This document shows positions 10,129 through 18,405 of a DNA stretch of 42,028 nt, in pieces (position 1 is the stretch's first letter; every line of letters starts with the position of its first letter). The DNA lies in the IMG/VR virus record IMGVR_UViG_3300032214_001577, positions 1-42,028 of that record; one strand, given 5' to 3'. Source of the DNA: a virus. Taxonomy: Duplodnaviria > Caudoviricetes. The translations under genes and the position numbers were made by a program. The notes below the pieces were generated by a model, which did not search any database, had not been told where the DNA came from, and saw nothing but the letters and a program-made list of their open reading frames with translations.

Positions 10129-11432
10129 CCCAGTTAAGCATTTTGATACCATCAATACCAACGAGGTTCGGTAGGGCAAAAGCCTTGTACGAGAAAATTT
10201 TGGCGCTGGTGGGCGATAAGGACATCGAAATCTTGATGCTTACCGATAATAAAAAGAGGACGATAGGCGAAAAAAGAGAAGCGTTGAAAAATGCTTCAAA
10301 CGGAAAGTACTTCATGTTTGTAGATGATGACGATGACTTGCTGGAGTTAGAAGATTTGTATCAAGCAACTTTTCAAGACGTAGATGTTATTACTTTCAAA
10401 CAACGATGCTTGAATGAAGATAAAACTACTTTCACCATTACTTTTGGCTTGGGCAATGAAATAGAACATAACAATTTCAGAGGTCGTTATTTAGATTGCA
10501 AAAGACCCCCATTTCATATTTGTGCATGGAATGTCCGTTTTAGGGATTACGAATACCCACCAGTTAATTATGCAGAAGATTGGGGATGGTTGCAACAAGT
10601 TCTACCTCTGGCAAAAACCGAATTACATGTTCCAAAGATAATTCATTCATATAATTTTGACCCCAAAGTAACGGAAGCCAGCACTGAATCAAATATTGTC
10701 TGGCAAAACCCGAACACCAACTCATCAATAGTTTTACCCACACGAAATAAAAAATACAGAATGGTTACAAAAACTGGAAAAACCAGAGCAATAGTAAATC
10801 TGGTAAATAATAACGCAAATTACATGGATTGTCAGAAAAGATTGGAGCAGAGCGCTTTGAACAATCCTGATAAATCTTTTGACTTTTTCTGTTTTCAGAA
10901 TGAAAGCGAAGTGAAAGCACCACCACATCATGATAATCCTTACGCCTTTAAGATTTACGCAATTGAGAAGATGCGTGAAATGGGCTATAAGCAAATTGTT
11001 TGGTTAGATGCGAGCATCGTATTGGTGGCTGATTTTTCACCAGTGTGGGAATGGATTTTTCAAAAGGGTTTTTTCTTTGAAGAAGCAGGACATTGGGCAG
11101 GCAGTTGGTGTAACCCAGAAACCCTGAATTATTTCGGTATTACGAGGGAGCAGGCTATGACAATGCCGATGTTTGCAGCGGGATATTGTGGATTTGATTT
11201 TGAACACGGGCTGGCTCAAGAGTTTTTTGCAGAATGGAAAGAGAGCATGCTGAATGGTTGTTTCAGAGGTTCATGGACAGACCACCGACATGACATGACT
11301 TGCGCTTCAATTATTGCTAATAAGCATGACATGGTGAAAGATTACTCTTCTGGTGGGCAATATTTTGCTTACATCGGTGAAGTATATGGTACTCCTTTGC
11401 CAACCGTTGTAGGACACCTTATAGGAAGATAA
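10125..11432 (+). CDS. GT2 glycosyltransferase fused to a second GT-A-like domain
   Basis: N domain: LSILIPSIPTR, GEKR, GKYFMFVDDDD, YAED. C domain (from 10761): YAFK, VWLDAS, DHRHD. Confidence 0.85.
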   Translation: MTQLSILIPSIPTRFGRAKALYEKILALVGDKDIEILMLTDNKKRTIGEKREALKNASNGKYFMFVDDDDDLLELEDLYQATFQDVDVITFKQRCLNEDKTTFTITFGLGNEIEHNNFRGRYLDCKRPPFHICAWNVRFRDYEYPPVNYAEDWGWLQQVLPLAKTELHVPKIIHSYNFDPKVTEASTESNIVWQNPNTNSSIVLPTRNKKYRMVTKTGKTRAIVNLVNNNANYMDCQKRLEQSALNNPDKSFDFFCFQNESEVKAPPHHDNPYAFKIYAIEKMREMGYKQIVWLDASIVLVADFSPVWEWIFQKGFFFEEAGHWAGSWCNPETLNYFGITREQAMTMPMFAAGYCGFDFEHGLAQEFFAEWKESMLNGCFRGSWTDHRHDMTCASIIANKHDMVKDYSSGGQYFAYIGEVYGTPLPTVVGHLIGR

Positions 11433-12046
11433 TGAAAGACGAGAAGTTTGATATTTCCTTGTACAACGATGAGTTTTTCGAGTGGCACTTAAAGTACGCC
11501 AGAGAATACTCTATGGTGACTATGGATTGGCTTTTAGAGTTCGGACGACCATTTCAATCAGTTGTAGATTTTGGTTGCGGAATCGGAAGTTATTTGGAGT
11601 CTGCGTTTGCAAAAAATATCACCAAAATAAAGGGTTACGATATTGGAGGGGATTACGCAAAGAAATATACCCCTGAACACATTCAGCCGTTCATTGAGTA
11701 TTTGGATTGCACAAAGCCCATGGTTACTGAAAAATACGATTGTGTTATTTCATTTGAAACCGCAGAGCATATTGAACCTTCAGGCACGAATCAGTTCTGT
11801 GATAATTTGGTCAATGCTTTGGGCGAACACGGATATTTATTTTTCACTGGCGCTCCAGAAGGTCAAGATGGTTGTGGTCACATAAATTGCCAAAGTAAAG
11901 CATTTTGGACGTTGAAATTTTTGGAACGGAATTTACAAATGGATGCAGTTATGACATCAATAGTTGCTCTTGAATGGAAAAGACTTGGCGCTCCTAACTA
12001 CATCTGTGACAATTTATTAGTTTTTAAGCATGATACGGACATATAA
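11432..12046 (+). CDS. class I SAM-dependent methyltransferase
   Basis: VVDFGCGIG, SFETAEHI, GQDGCGHIN. Confidence 0.85.
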   Translation: MKDEKFDISLYNDEFFEWHLKYAREYSMVTMDWLLEFGRPFQSVVDFGCGIGSYLESAFAKNITKIKGYDIGGDYAKKYTPEHIQPFIEYLDCTKPMVTEKYDCVISFETAEHIEPSGTNQFCDNLVNALGEHGYLFFTGAPEGQDGCGHINCQSKAFWTLKFLERNLQMDAVMTSIVALEWKRLGAPNYICDNLLVFKHDTDI

Positions 12047-12590
12047 AGACATTCAAGGGTGGTTTGATTACGAAAACATTTACGACAATCAAATTGATTT
12101 GTTAAAAGATGGGGATACTATTGTTGAGGTAGGTTGTTGGTTGGGGAAATCAAGTTGTTACTTGGGTCAGAAAATAAAAGACTCAGGAAAGAAAATTAAG
12201 TTATTCTGTGTTGACATCTGGGATTATGATGATAATGACCCTTACTACCATACGTTTAAAAATACTCACCCAGACTTGATGAAAGTTTTTAAATCAAATG
12301 TTAGCAAATTGGGATTAAGTGATGTCATTTTCCCAATTCAAGGTAGTTCGGTTAACGTAGCACAAACTTTCCATCTTGAGTCCGTAGATTTCATATTTTT
12401 AGATGGAAACCACAATTCTCCTTTTATAGAGGAAGATTTAACTATGTGGTATCCTATTCTGAAAAAAGGAGGTTGGATTGCAGGTCATGATTATATAGAT
12501 TCTTCTGATGTTTATCGTGCAGTCAACAAATTTTTCGAGGGCAACGCAAATCAAGATGGGTCTTGCTGGTTAAAACAAAAAAATAACTGA
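12030..12590 (+). CDS. class I SAM methyltransferase (Methyltransf_24-like)
   Basis: VEVGCWLGKS, DFIFLDGNH, GGWIAGHDY. Confidence 0.88.
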   Translation: MIRTYKDIQGWFDYENIYDNQIDLLKDGDTIVEVGCWLGKSSCYLGQKIKDSGKKIKLFCVDIWDYDDNDPYYHTFKNTHPDLMKVFKSNVSKLGLSDVIFPIQGSSVNVAQTFHLESVDFIFLDGNHNSPFIEEDLTMWYPILKKGGWIAGHDYIDSSDVYRAVNKFFEGNANQDGSCWLKQKNN

Positions 12591-12784
12591 TGATAATTTT
12601 TGAACCTCAAAATAGAATCGAAGTGGTAACTCCAAAAGGAGAAGGATTTATTTGGTTGGTTACTGAATATGGTACAGAAACAGATACCATTTATACTATC
12701 ATTTTAAAAGAATCTGGAGAGATGTGGCAAATGACTCATAAAGACTTAAAAGTAAAAAACAATTGGACGTTTAATCATAAATAA
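12590..12784 (+). CDS. small hypothetical phage protein
   Basis: Translationally coupled 64-aa ORF, beta-rich. Confidence 0.6.
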   Translation: MIIFEPQNRIEVVTPKGEGFIWLVTEYGTETDTIYTIILKESGEMWQMTHKDLKVKNNWTFNHK

Positions 12785-12785
12785 C

Positions 12786-13421
12786 ATGTATACTCAAAAT
12801 AATGAAGAGGAATTAGTCAGGGCTTATTTTTCTGACAAAGACACTAAGCAAATGTTTTTGCTGGACATCGGTGCAAACGATGGTGAAACTTTTAGCAATT
12901 CAAGACAACTGATTCTTGATGGATGGAATGCAGTTCTGGTTGAACCAAGCCCTAAAGCGTTCACAAAGTTGAAAAAACTTTATCCCAGAAATGCAAAAGT
13001 AAAACTCAAGCAATTTGCAATTGCGGAAAGTACGGGAGAAGTTGCTTTTCACGAATCTGGTTCTTGGAACGAAGATGAGAGTGATGTTGCTCTTTTATCT
13101 TCAATAAAAGAATCTGAATTGCAAAGATGGGGTGATAGAGTATCATTTACCGAAACCAAAGTTCAGGCGTATTCTTTCGAAGATTTCCTGAATAAAGAAA
13201 ATCTTTCAGAGGTAAAGTTTCAGTTTATATCAATTGATGCAGAAGGTGTTGACTGGGAAATTTTGAGTCAAATCGATTTAACCAAATTGGGTTGCGAATG
13301 CTTGTGTGTTGAGTGGAATGGTATACCTGATTTGTATACTAAGATGAAGGATTATTGTGAAAAGAATCACAACATGAGGGAACATTCCAAAAACCCAGAA
13401 AATTTGATTTTTATACGATAA
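12786..13421 (+). CDS. FkbM-family methyltransferase
   Basis: LDIGANDG..FSNS, LVEP, ISIDAEGVD, CVE. Confidence 0.9.
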   Translation: MYTQNNEEELVRAYFSDKDTKQMFLLDIGANDGETFSNSRQLILDGWNAVLVEPSPKAFTKLKKLYPRNAKVKLKQFAIAESTGEVAFHESGSWNEDESDVALLSSIKESELQRWGDRVSFTETKVQAYSFEDFLNKENLSEVKFQFISIDAEGVDWEILSQIDLTKLGCECLCVEWNGIPDLYTKMKDYCEKNHNMREHSKNPENLIFIR

Positions 13422-13441
13422 TATACGAATAGATACGAATT

Positions 13442-14071
13442 ATGTACGCAGACTGGCTTTTAGAAGATAGACTACACGAATATTTTGCAGGGGAAAACCC
13501 AAAGTTTTTGACTGCATTGGACATCGGTGCAAATGATGGTGTTTACTTATCAAACACCAGACAAATGATTTTGAATGGTTGGAATGCCGTATTGGTTGAC
13601 CCAGCAGAGACTGCATTTAAACGGCTTTTATCATTGTATCATATGAACCCCAAGGTTTTGTTGTGTAATGTAGGAATTGGGGTTGAATCAAAAAAACAGA
13701 CCTTTTTTGAAAGCGGTAGTTATCAAAATGATTCTCAGGATGTTGCTTTATTTTCGAGTGTGGTGGAATCAGAAACCAAAAGATTTCCTGGAGTTCCCTT
13801 TACTGAAAAGGAAATAGACATTATGACATGGAGCGATTTTTTGAGTTTTTATGGACTGAAATATTGCAAGTTTGATTTCATCAGTATCGATGCAGAAGGA
13901 TTAGATTGGGAAATTTTAAAACAAATCAATTTGAGTTATTACAGATGTCGTTTCTTGTGCATCGAATGGAATCAAAGACCTGAAGATGAGTTGAAAATTA
14001 CGAATCACGCCAAATTATTTGGTATGCGACTTTTGGAAAAGAATAATGACAACTTGGTTTTTGTCAAATGA
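13442..14071 (+). CDS. FkbM-family methyltransferase, tandem paralog of 12786-13421
   Basis: LDIGANDG..LSNT, ISIDAEGLDWEIL; FxESGS and DVALxSS are shared with the upstream copy. Confidence 0.9.
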   Translation: MYADWLLEDRLHEYFAGENPKFLTALDIGANDGVYLSNTRQMILNGWNAVLVDPAETAFKRLLSLYHMNPKVLLCNVGIGVESKKQTFFESGSYQNDSQDVALFSSVVESETKRFPGVPFTEKEIDIMTWSDFLSFYGLKYCKFDFISIDAEGLDWEILKQINLSYYRCRFLCIEWNQRPEDELKITNHAKLFGMRLLEKNNDNLVFVK

Positions 14072-14835
14072 TAAGTGTTGTAATATCATATTGCTCCAAC
14101 GATAAACAATTCATACAAACACTATTAAATGAGTGTATGGAATTCTCCAGCGACATTGTCGTAGTATCCACTAATCATTTTTTAGATGGCAACTACGACT
14201 TGGAACTGGAAGACTTAACACAACCTTGCGTTAAGCATTTGATATACCCATGGGATGTAGACAAAGACCCAAAGTATTGGCACAACCACAATCGATTTTT
14301 AGGGCTTCAACAAGCGCAGAATGATTACGTGTTATTCTTAGATGCCGATGAAATACCTGACGGAAAATTGATGAAGCAATTTTTGGATTCTGGAGTTCAT
14401 TTGTCTGTGCCAATAATCAGTTTTGAGTGCTATTGGTATTTCAGACAACCTGAGTTTCAAGCAGTTCAGACGGAGAGATGTGGTGTTTTATACCATCGGG
14501 CATATTTAACAGAAGAACTTATTTATCATCCGATGGAAAGGTGGTCATTTGAAATGACTCAAACTCCAAGGTTGAACATGGCAAGATTCGACAATCAAAT
14601 TATCATGCATCATTTTTCTTGGGTAAGAACCAAAGAGCAAATGTTGAAAAAAGTTGAATCTTGGGCGCACAAAGGTGACAAGCACTGGGTATCTTTGATT
14701 GAAGAAGAATTTCAGTATTCATTCAGAGGTCGTGACTTCGTTCACAATTACAAATTTATTGAAGTAGAAAACACATTTAAAATCGATATATATGGAAGAC
14801 AAGAAACCACAGAATCCAATTCAGTATGCTCATAA
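14068..14835 (+). CDS. GT2-like glycosyltransferase
   Basis: ISVVISYC, YVLFLDADE, HHFSWVR. Confidence 0.8.
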   Translation: MISVVISYCSNDKQFIQTLLNECMEFSSDIVVVSTNHFLDGNYDLELEDLTQPCVKHLIYPWDVDKDPKYWHNHNRFLGLQQAQNDYVLFLDADEIPDGKLMKQFLDSGVHLSVPIISFECYWYFRQPEFQAVQTERCGVLYHRAYLTEELIYHPMERWSFEMTQTPRLNMARFDNQIIMHHFSWVRTKEQMLKKVESWAHKGDKHWVSLIEEEFQYSFRGRDFVHNYKFIEVENTFKIDIYGRQETTESNSVCS

Positions 14836-15118
14836 ATATGAACTGGCTGATTATCCTTTGATTAAAGGGGGAAAGCAACTTATGAAGGATGGAAATCCTT
14901 GCAAATGTCACAAAGCAAATGTTCAGATGATTCCAAACATGGCAAATCAATTAGTACCATTTTACGAACATTGTACCACACATTGTAGTAGAGCGATTTT
15001 GGGAGTGGAAGGCGACCAAGTGGTATTTGTTCAAAATTGTGAAGTGATTGCTCAAAAATTCAAAATTGAAAATGCCACTGCCAATCAACCAAAAGCCAAA
15101 CTCGAAATCATCAAGTAA
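14792..15118 (+). CDS. Cys/His-containing hypothetical protein
   Basis: CKCH, HCTTHC and a further Cys; possible metal binding. Confidence 0.55.
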   Translation: MEDKKPQNPIQYAHKYELADYPLIKGGKQLMKDGNPCKCHKANVQMIPNMANQLVPFYEHCTTHCSRAILGVEGDQVVFVQNCEVIAQKFKIENATANQPKAKLEIIK

Positions 15119-16358
15119 ACGAATTTTGGCTTACATGGACTGGAACTCCCCCACGGGTTTCGGTAACGTGTCTAAGAACATCATTGATAGAATCACTCAA
15201 TTCTGCTTAGATAACAGAGTTGAAATCGATATTTGTGCAATAAACTATCGGGGAGAATCTAACGTACAATACAACGAGTGCGTTAAAATTTTCAACTCAA
15301 AAGATTACGCAAAAGACTCAAAAGACTTGTATCTCAATAGAACGGGATTTTTGAAACTCTTGTCTTTACGACCTTATGATGTAGTTTGGATGATGTACGA
15401 TATTAACGTGATTACTCCTTTGATGCCCACTATTCGGGAACTCAATGAAAGGCAAAAAAAAATCACCCAAAAAGGATTTAAAACCATTCTTTACACACCT
15501 ATTGATAGCCCACCAGATTCAAAATGGTTCAATAATATGAGCCAATTGGATGAATTGATTACTTATACCAACTATGGTTTAGAAGAAATCGAAAAAGTAT
15601 TCGAGTTCAAAAAGAAAGTCAAAATCATTCCTCATGGATTGGATGGTGTGACCTATAAGCCAGTCGTAAAATCAGGTTTGAGAGAAAAATATGGGATTCC
15701 TAAAGATGCATTCGTGTATGGGGTCGTAAATAAAAATCAGCCCAGAAAAGACATCGGTTGCAGTTTGGTCGCTTTTGCTGAATTAAAGAAAAGAGTAGAG
15801 TCATTGACTGAGGTTTATCATAAAAACATAAAGCCAGTTTTGTATTTGCATACTTATCATAGTGACCCCAGTGGAATAAACATCCATGAAGTGGCGAGCA
15901 GGTTGGGTTTGAGGTTTAGCGAGGATTATTTCTTGCCAATCGAACCCAAGTATAGCAATGCCGAGTTTACACCAGAAGACATGAACGAGGTGTACAATTG
16001 CTTTGACGTATTCCTTTCTACCAGTTCTGCTGAAGGTTGGGGATTAACTGTAACTGAAGCAATGTCCGTTGGGCTACCAATCGTTTGTGGCAATCACACC
16101 AGTCTAAAAGAAATTACACGAAATGGAAAAGATGTTCACGCAGTCTTTCACCACTTTAAACATGTTCAAATCCACGACGGTAACGCCATTAGATATTGTT
16201 TGGACTCAGAGCAGGTATCCCATGAACTTTTCATACTTTTTACACACCACATCGAAAGAGGTGGGCTTGAGTATCAGGATTACTACCATCAGAAAAGTAA
16301 ATATAACTGGGATAAAATAGGGGTGAGTTGGACACAAGTTTTAAACAAATACTTGTAA
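15072..16358 (+). CDS. GT4 (GT-B) glycosyltransferase
   Basis: TGFG, IIPHGLD, NKNQPRKD, EGWGLTVTEAMSVG (EX7E); start codon uncertain (15048 or 15072). Confidence 0.9.
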   Translation: MPLPINQKPNSKSSSKRILAYMDWNSPTGFGNVSKNIIDRITQFCLDNRVEIDICAINYRGESNVQYNECVKIFNSKDYAKDSKDLYLNRTGFLKLLSLRPYDVVWMMYDINVITPLMPTIRELNERQKKITQKGFKTILYTPIDSPPDSKWFNNMSQLDELITYTNYGLEEIEKVFEFKKKVKIIPHGLDGVTYKPVVKSGLREKYGIPKDAFVYGVVNKNQPRKDIGCSLVAFAELKKRVESLTEVYHKNIKPVLYLHTYHSDPSGINIHEVASRLGLRFSEDYFLPIEPKYSNAEFTPEDMNEVYNCFDVFLSTSSAEGWGLTVTEAMSVGLPIVCGNHTSLKEITRNGKDVHAVFHHFKHVQIHDGNAIRYCLDSEQVSHELFILFTHHIERGGLEYQDYYHQKSKYNWDKIGVSWTQVLNKYL

Positions 16359-16374
16359 ATTATAGTTTGCTTTG

Positions 16375-16390
16375 TTATTTTTGAAAATAA
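16375..16390 (+). promoter_or_regulatory. TTATTTTTGAAAATAA element upstream of the HTH gene
   Basis: Exact copy of 6432-6447; includes TAnnTTTG. Confidence 0.45.
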
Positions 16391-16397
16391 CAAAAGC

Positions 16398-16658
16398 ATG
16401 GCTACTAAAGACAACTTGATTAAGGCACATTTGATGGAACATAAGATGATAACATCTTGGGAAGCCATTGAAAATTACGGGGCAACCCGTCTGGCAGCGA
16501 TTATTTTCAATTTACGCAAAGAGGGGTTTTTAATCGATTCTTACGATTATAAAGACCATGATAGACATGGAAATATTTGCATATATTCGAGATATATTTT
16601 ACTGGCAACTCCAGAAAAGCATGAAGAAATAAAAAAAATGCAATTAAAACTCCTCTAA
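16398..16658 (+). CDS. winged helix-turn-helix protein
   Basis: HL....ITSWEAI..YGATRLAAIIFNLRKEG, a common phage wHTH signature. Confidence 0.8.
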   Translation: MATKDNLIKAHLMEHKMITSWEAIENYGATRLAAIIFNLRKEGFLIDSYDYKDHDRHGNICIYSRYILLATPEKHEEIKKMQLKLL

Positions 16659-16659
16659 T

Positions 16660-16860
16660 ATGGCAAATTCAATTAAACGGAAAAATTACGTGGTAATACA
16701 CCATTTGGGAAAACATGACCGAACACCATTCAGGTCGTGGTTAAAAAGCAATAATAAACAACAACCCATTTGTCCTTCTGAAAACGAACATGCTAATGAT
16801 TGTGCTTATAATGAGGACTATCGAGAATTTATTAATTGGAAAAGGCAACAAACCCCCTAA
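16660..16860 (+). CDS. small hypothetical protein
   Basis: 66-aa ORF immediately after the HTH gene. Confidence 0.5.
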   Translation: MANSIKRKNYVVIHHLGKHDRTPFRSWLKSNNKQQPICPSENEHANDCAYNEDYREFINWKRQQTP

Positions 16861-16890
16861 AAAAGAAAGGGTGGAACATTCCGTCCCACC
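16859..16890 (-). terminator. intrinsic terminator for the minus-strand small gene
   Basis: Minus strand reads GGTGGGAC-GGAAT-GTTCCACC (8-bp stem with one G:U) followed by CTTTCTTTTTT. Confidence 0.7.
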
Positions 16891-16937
16891 GCTTACTTCA
16901 AGCCAAGTACCGCAGAGTACTCGTAAACAAGTGCTAA

Positions 16938-17048
16938 TTACTTAGCAGTCTTGTACACGAGGTAAGCGATGCCAATCAAAGCCAAGGTGTTGTGTACGTT
17001 AGTACCACCGAGCCAATTGGGGCTTTTGATGTCGAAAAATCCAGTCAT
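16938..17048 (-). CDS. 36-aa membrane peptide MTGFFDIKSPNWLGGTNVHNTLALIGIAYLVYKTAK (not in the ORF track)
   Basis: Translated by hand. A-rich leader, hydrophobic C-terminal helix, many C-ending codons, own downstream terminator. Confidence 0.7.
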   Translation of the reverse strand: MTGFFDIKSPNWLGGTNVHNTLALIGIAYLVYKTAK

Positions 17049-17258
17049 TTTATTTTGCGTCAAATTGTTTAGTTTTGACAATACAAATATGGTGAATACT
17101 ACAAAGGAAAAAAGCAAAGTTGAAGATAATCAACTTGTTATTTTTTAACAATAGATTCACTTTTTGTAAATTGCTTAAATTCAACAAGTTAGAAATAAAT
17201 GTTTCGCAGAAATTAAATTTAACTTCAATTAACTTAATTAAAATACTATTAAAATCCA

Positions 17259-18011
17259 ATGAAAAACAATTTTAAAGGTGGTATGTCCGCAAATATGACT
17301 GCTTTCGATGTGGCAAAAAAATGGAAAATTAGCCCTATCGAGTTTATGCCCATTCTGGAGAAAGGAACTGAACACGAAATGGAGCATACGGACAATGAAG
17401 ACATCGCCAGAAGAATCGCTCTTGACCACATCGTAGAAAGACTGGATTACTATGACAAACTGGAAAAGATTGAAAAGATGGAAAAAGGTGGAAGGTTTGA
17501 TGACCAAAAACTTTTGAAAGAATATAATGCAAACAAGAGCATCGGTTTTTCGGCAATCGCTCATTTAAAATCAAAAGGCTTAATTCCAAGAGCAGATGGT
17601 CAAAAAAGGAAATCTGAAAAATACATGGAAAAAGGTGGTCGAACAATAGCACAAACTCCTGCACCTGCATCTGACCGAGTTTCTGGAAGTAAAACAAATC
17701 CAAAAGGAAGTGCCAGTGACACATCTTTGGCAAGGTCAATAAAATTCAATGACTCTTTGCTTAAAGCAATTGAAAATAAGGTTAAAGCACACAATGAAGA
17801 ATACCCATCAAAAAAAGTAACAACACCCACTGCAAAAGCAGTGGTGAGAAGGGGTATGGGTGCATATAGCAAATCACACAGACCATTTATTACTGGTGGA
17901 GCGCCAAATTCCAGACAAGCATGGGGTCTTGCAAGGTTAAACAAGTTTTTACTTAAAAAGCGTGGTGTAAAAGTTAAAAGCGCTTACATCCAAGATGATG
18001 ACCTACTCTAA
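17259..18011 (+). CDS. three-module protein: DUF5661-like N domain and DUF5824-like C domain, separated by two MEKGG motifs
   Basis: KGTEHEMEHTD...IALDHI.E..DYYDKL and RRGMGAY..SHRP...AWGLARLNKFL. The DUF names are from recall and unverified. Confidence 0.6.
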   Translation: MKNNFKGGMSANMTAFDVAKKWKISPIEFMPILEKGTEHEMEHTDNEDIARRIALDHIVERLDYYDKLEKIEKMEKGGRFDDQKLLKEYNANKSIGFSAIAHLKSKGLIPRADGQKRKSEKYMEKGGRTIAQTPAPASDRVSGSKTNPKGSASDTSLARSIKFNDSLLKAIENKVKAHNEEYPSKKVTTPTAKAVVRRGMGAYSKSHRPFITGGAPNSRQAWGLARLNKFLLKKRGVKVKSAYIQDDDLL

Positions 18012-18379
18012 TGGCTAAAAAACAAAATTTAGGAGATTGTTACGAAGTTGCTGGAAGGATGGCAATTTTGGGTCTTTCCAAAGCACCGAATGGAGAAAAA
18101 TTCTTGGGTAAACCCATGGTAGTTCATGGAGAAGTTGAAGGTCAGGGTAAAATTAAAGGATTAAGGTATGGACATGCGTGGGTTGAAGACGATGTTTATG
18201 TTTATGATTTCTCTAATGGTAAAAATTTGATGCTATTAAAAGAAGTTTATTATTATCTGGGAAAAATCAACCAAGACAAGCCAAAACTCTACAAATACAC
18301 CTTTCCTGAAGCACGTAAAAAAATGCTGGAAACCGAGGACTACGGCCCGTGGGACTTAATAACCGAATCAGGGTTATAA
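18011..18379 (+). CDS. small transglutaminase/papain-like Cys-His-Asp protein (candidate protease)
   Basis: GDC(10)Y, GH(55)AWVE and YD(66), in the order of the transglutaminase-like triad. Confidence 0.6.
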   Translation: MAKKQNLGDCYEVAGRMAILGLSKAPNGEKFLGKPMVVHGEVEGQGKIKGLRYGHAWVEDDVYVYDFSNGKNLMLLKEVYYYLGKINQDKPKLYKYTFPEARKKMLETEDYGPWDLITESGL

Positions 18380-18383
18380 TTTA

Positions 18384-18391
18384 TATCTTTG
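18384..18391 (+). promoter_or_regulatory. Bacteroidota-type -7 promoter box TATCTTTG
   Basis: Matches TAnnTTTG in the short gap before the ATG at 18406. Confidence 0.5.
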
Positions 18392-18405
18392 TTAAGTATT
18401 ACATT

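Noticed and set aside
900-16358. Bacterial O-antigen or capsule locus
   Set aside because: No wzx/wzy/wzz or nucleotide-sugar synthases; interleaved with phage-type small ORFs and contiguous with viral genes.
17050-17944. Several minus-strand ORFs (17050-17259, 17238-17564, 17344-17739, 17600-17944)
   Set aside because: They are antisense to a well-supported gene or lie in an AT-rich gap with a non-ATG start; no motifs.
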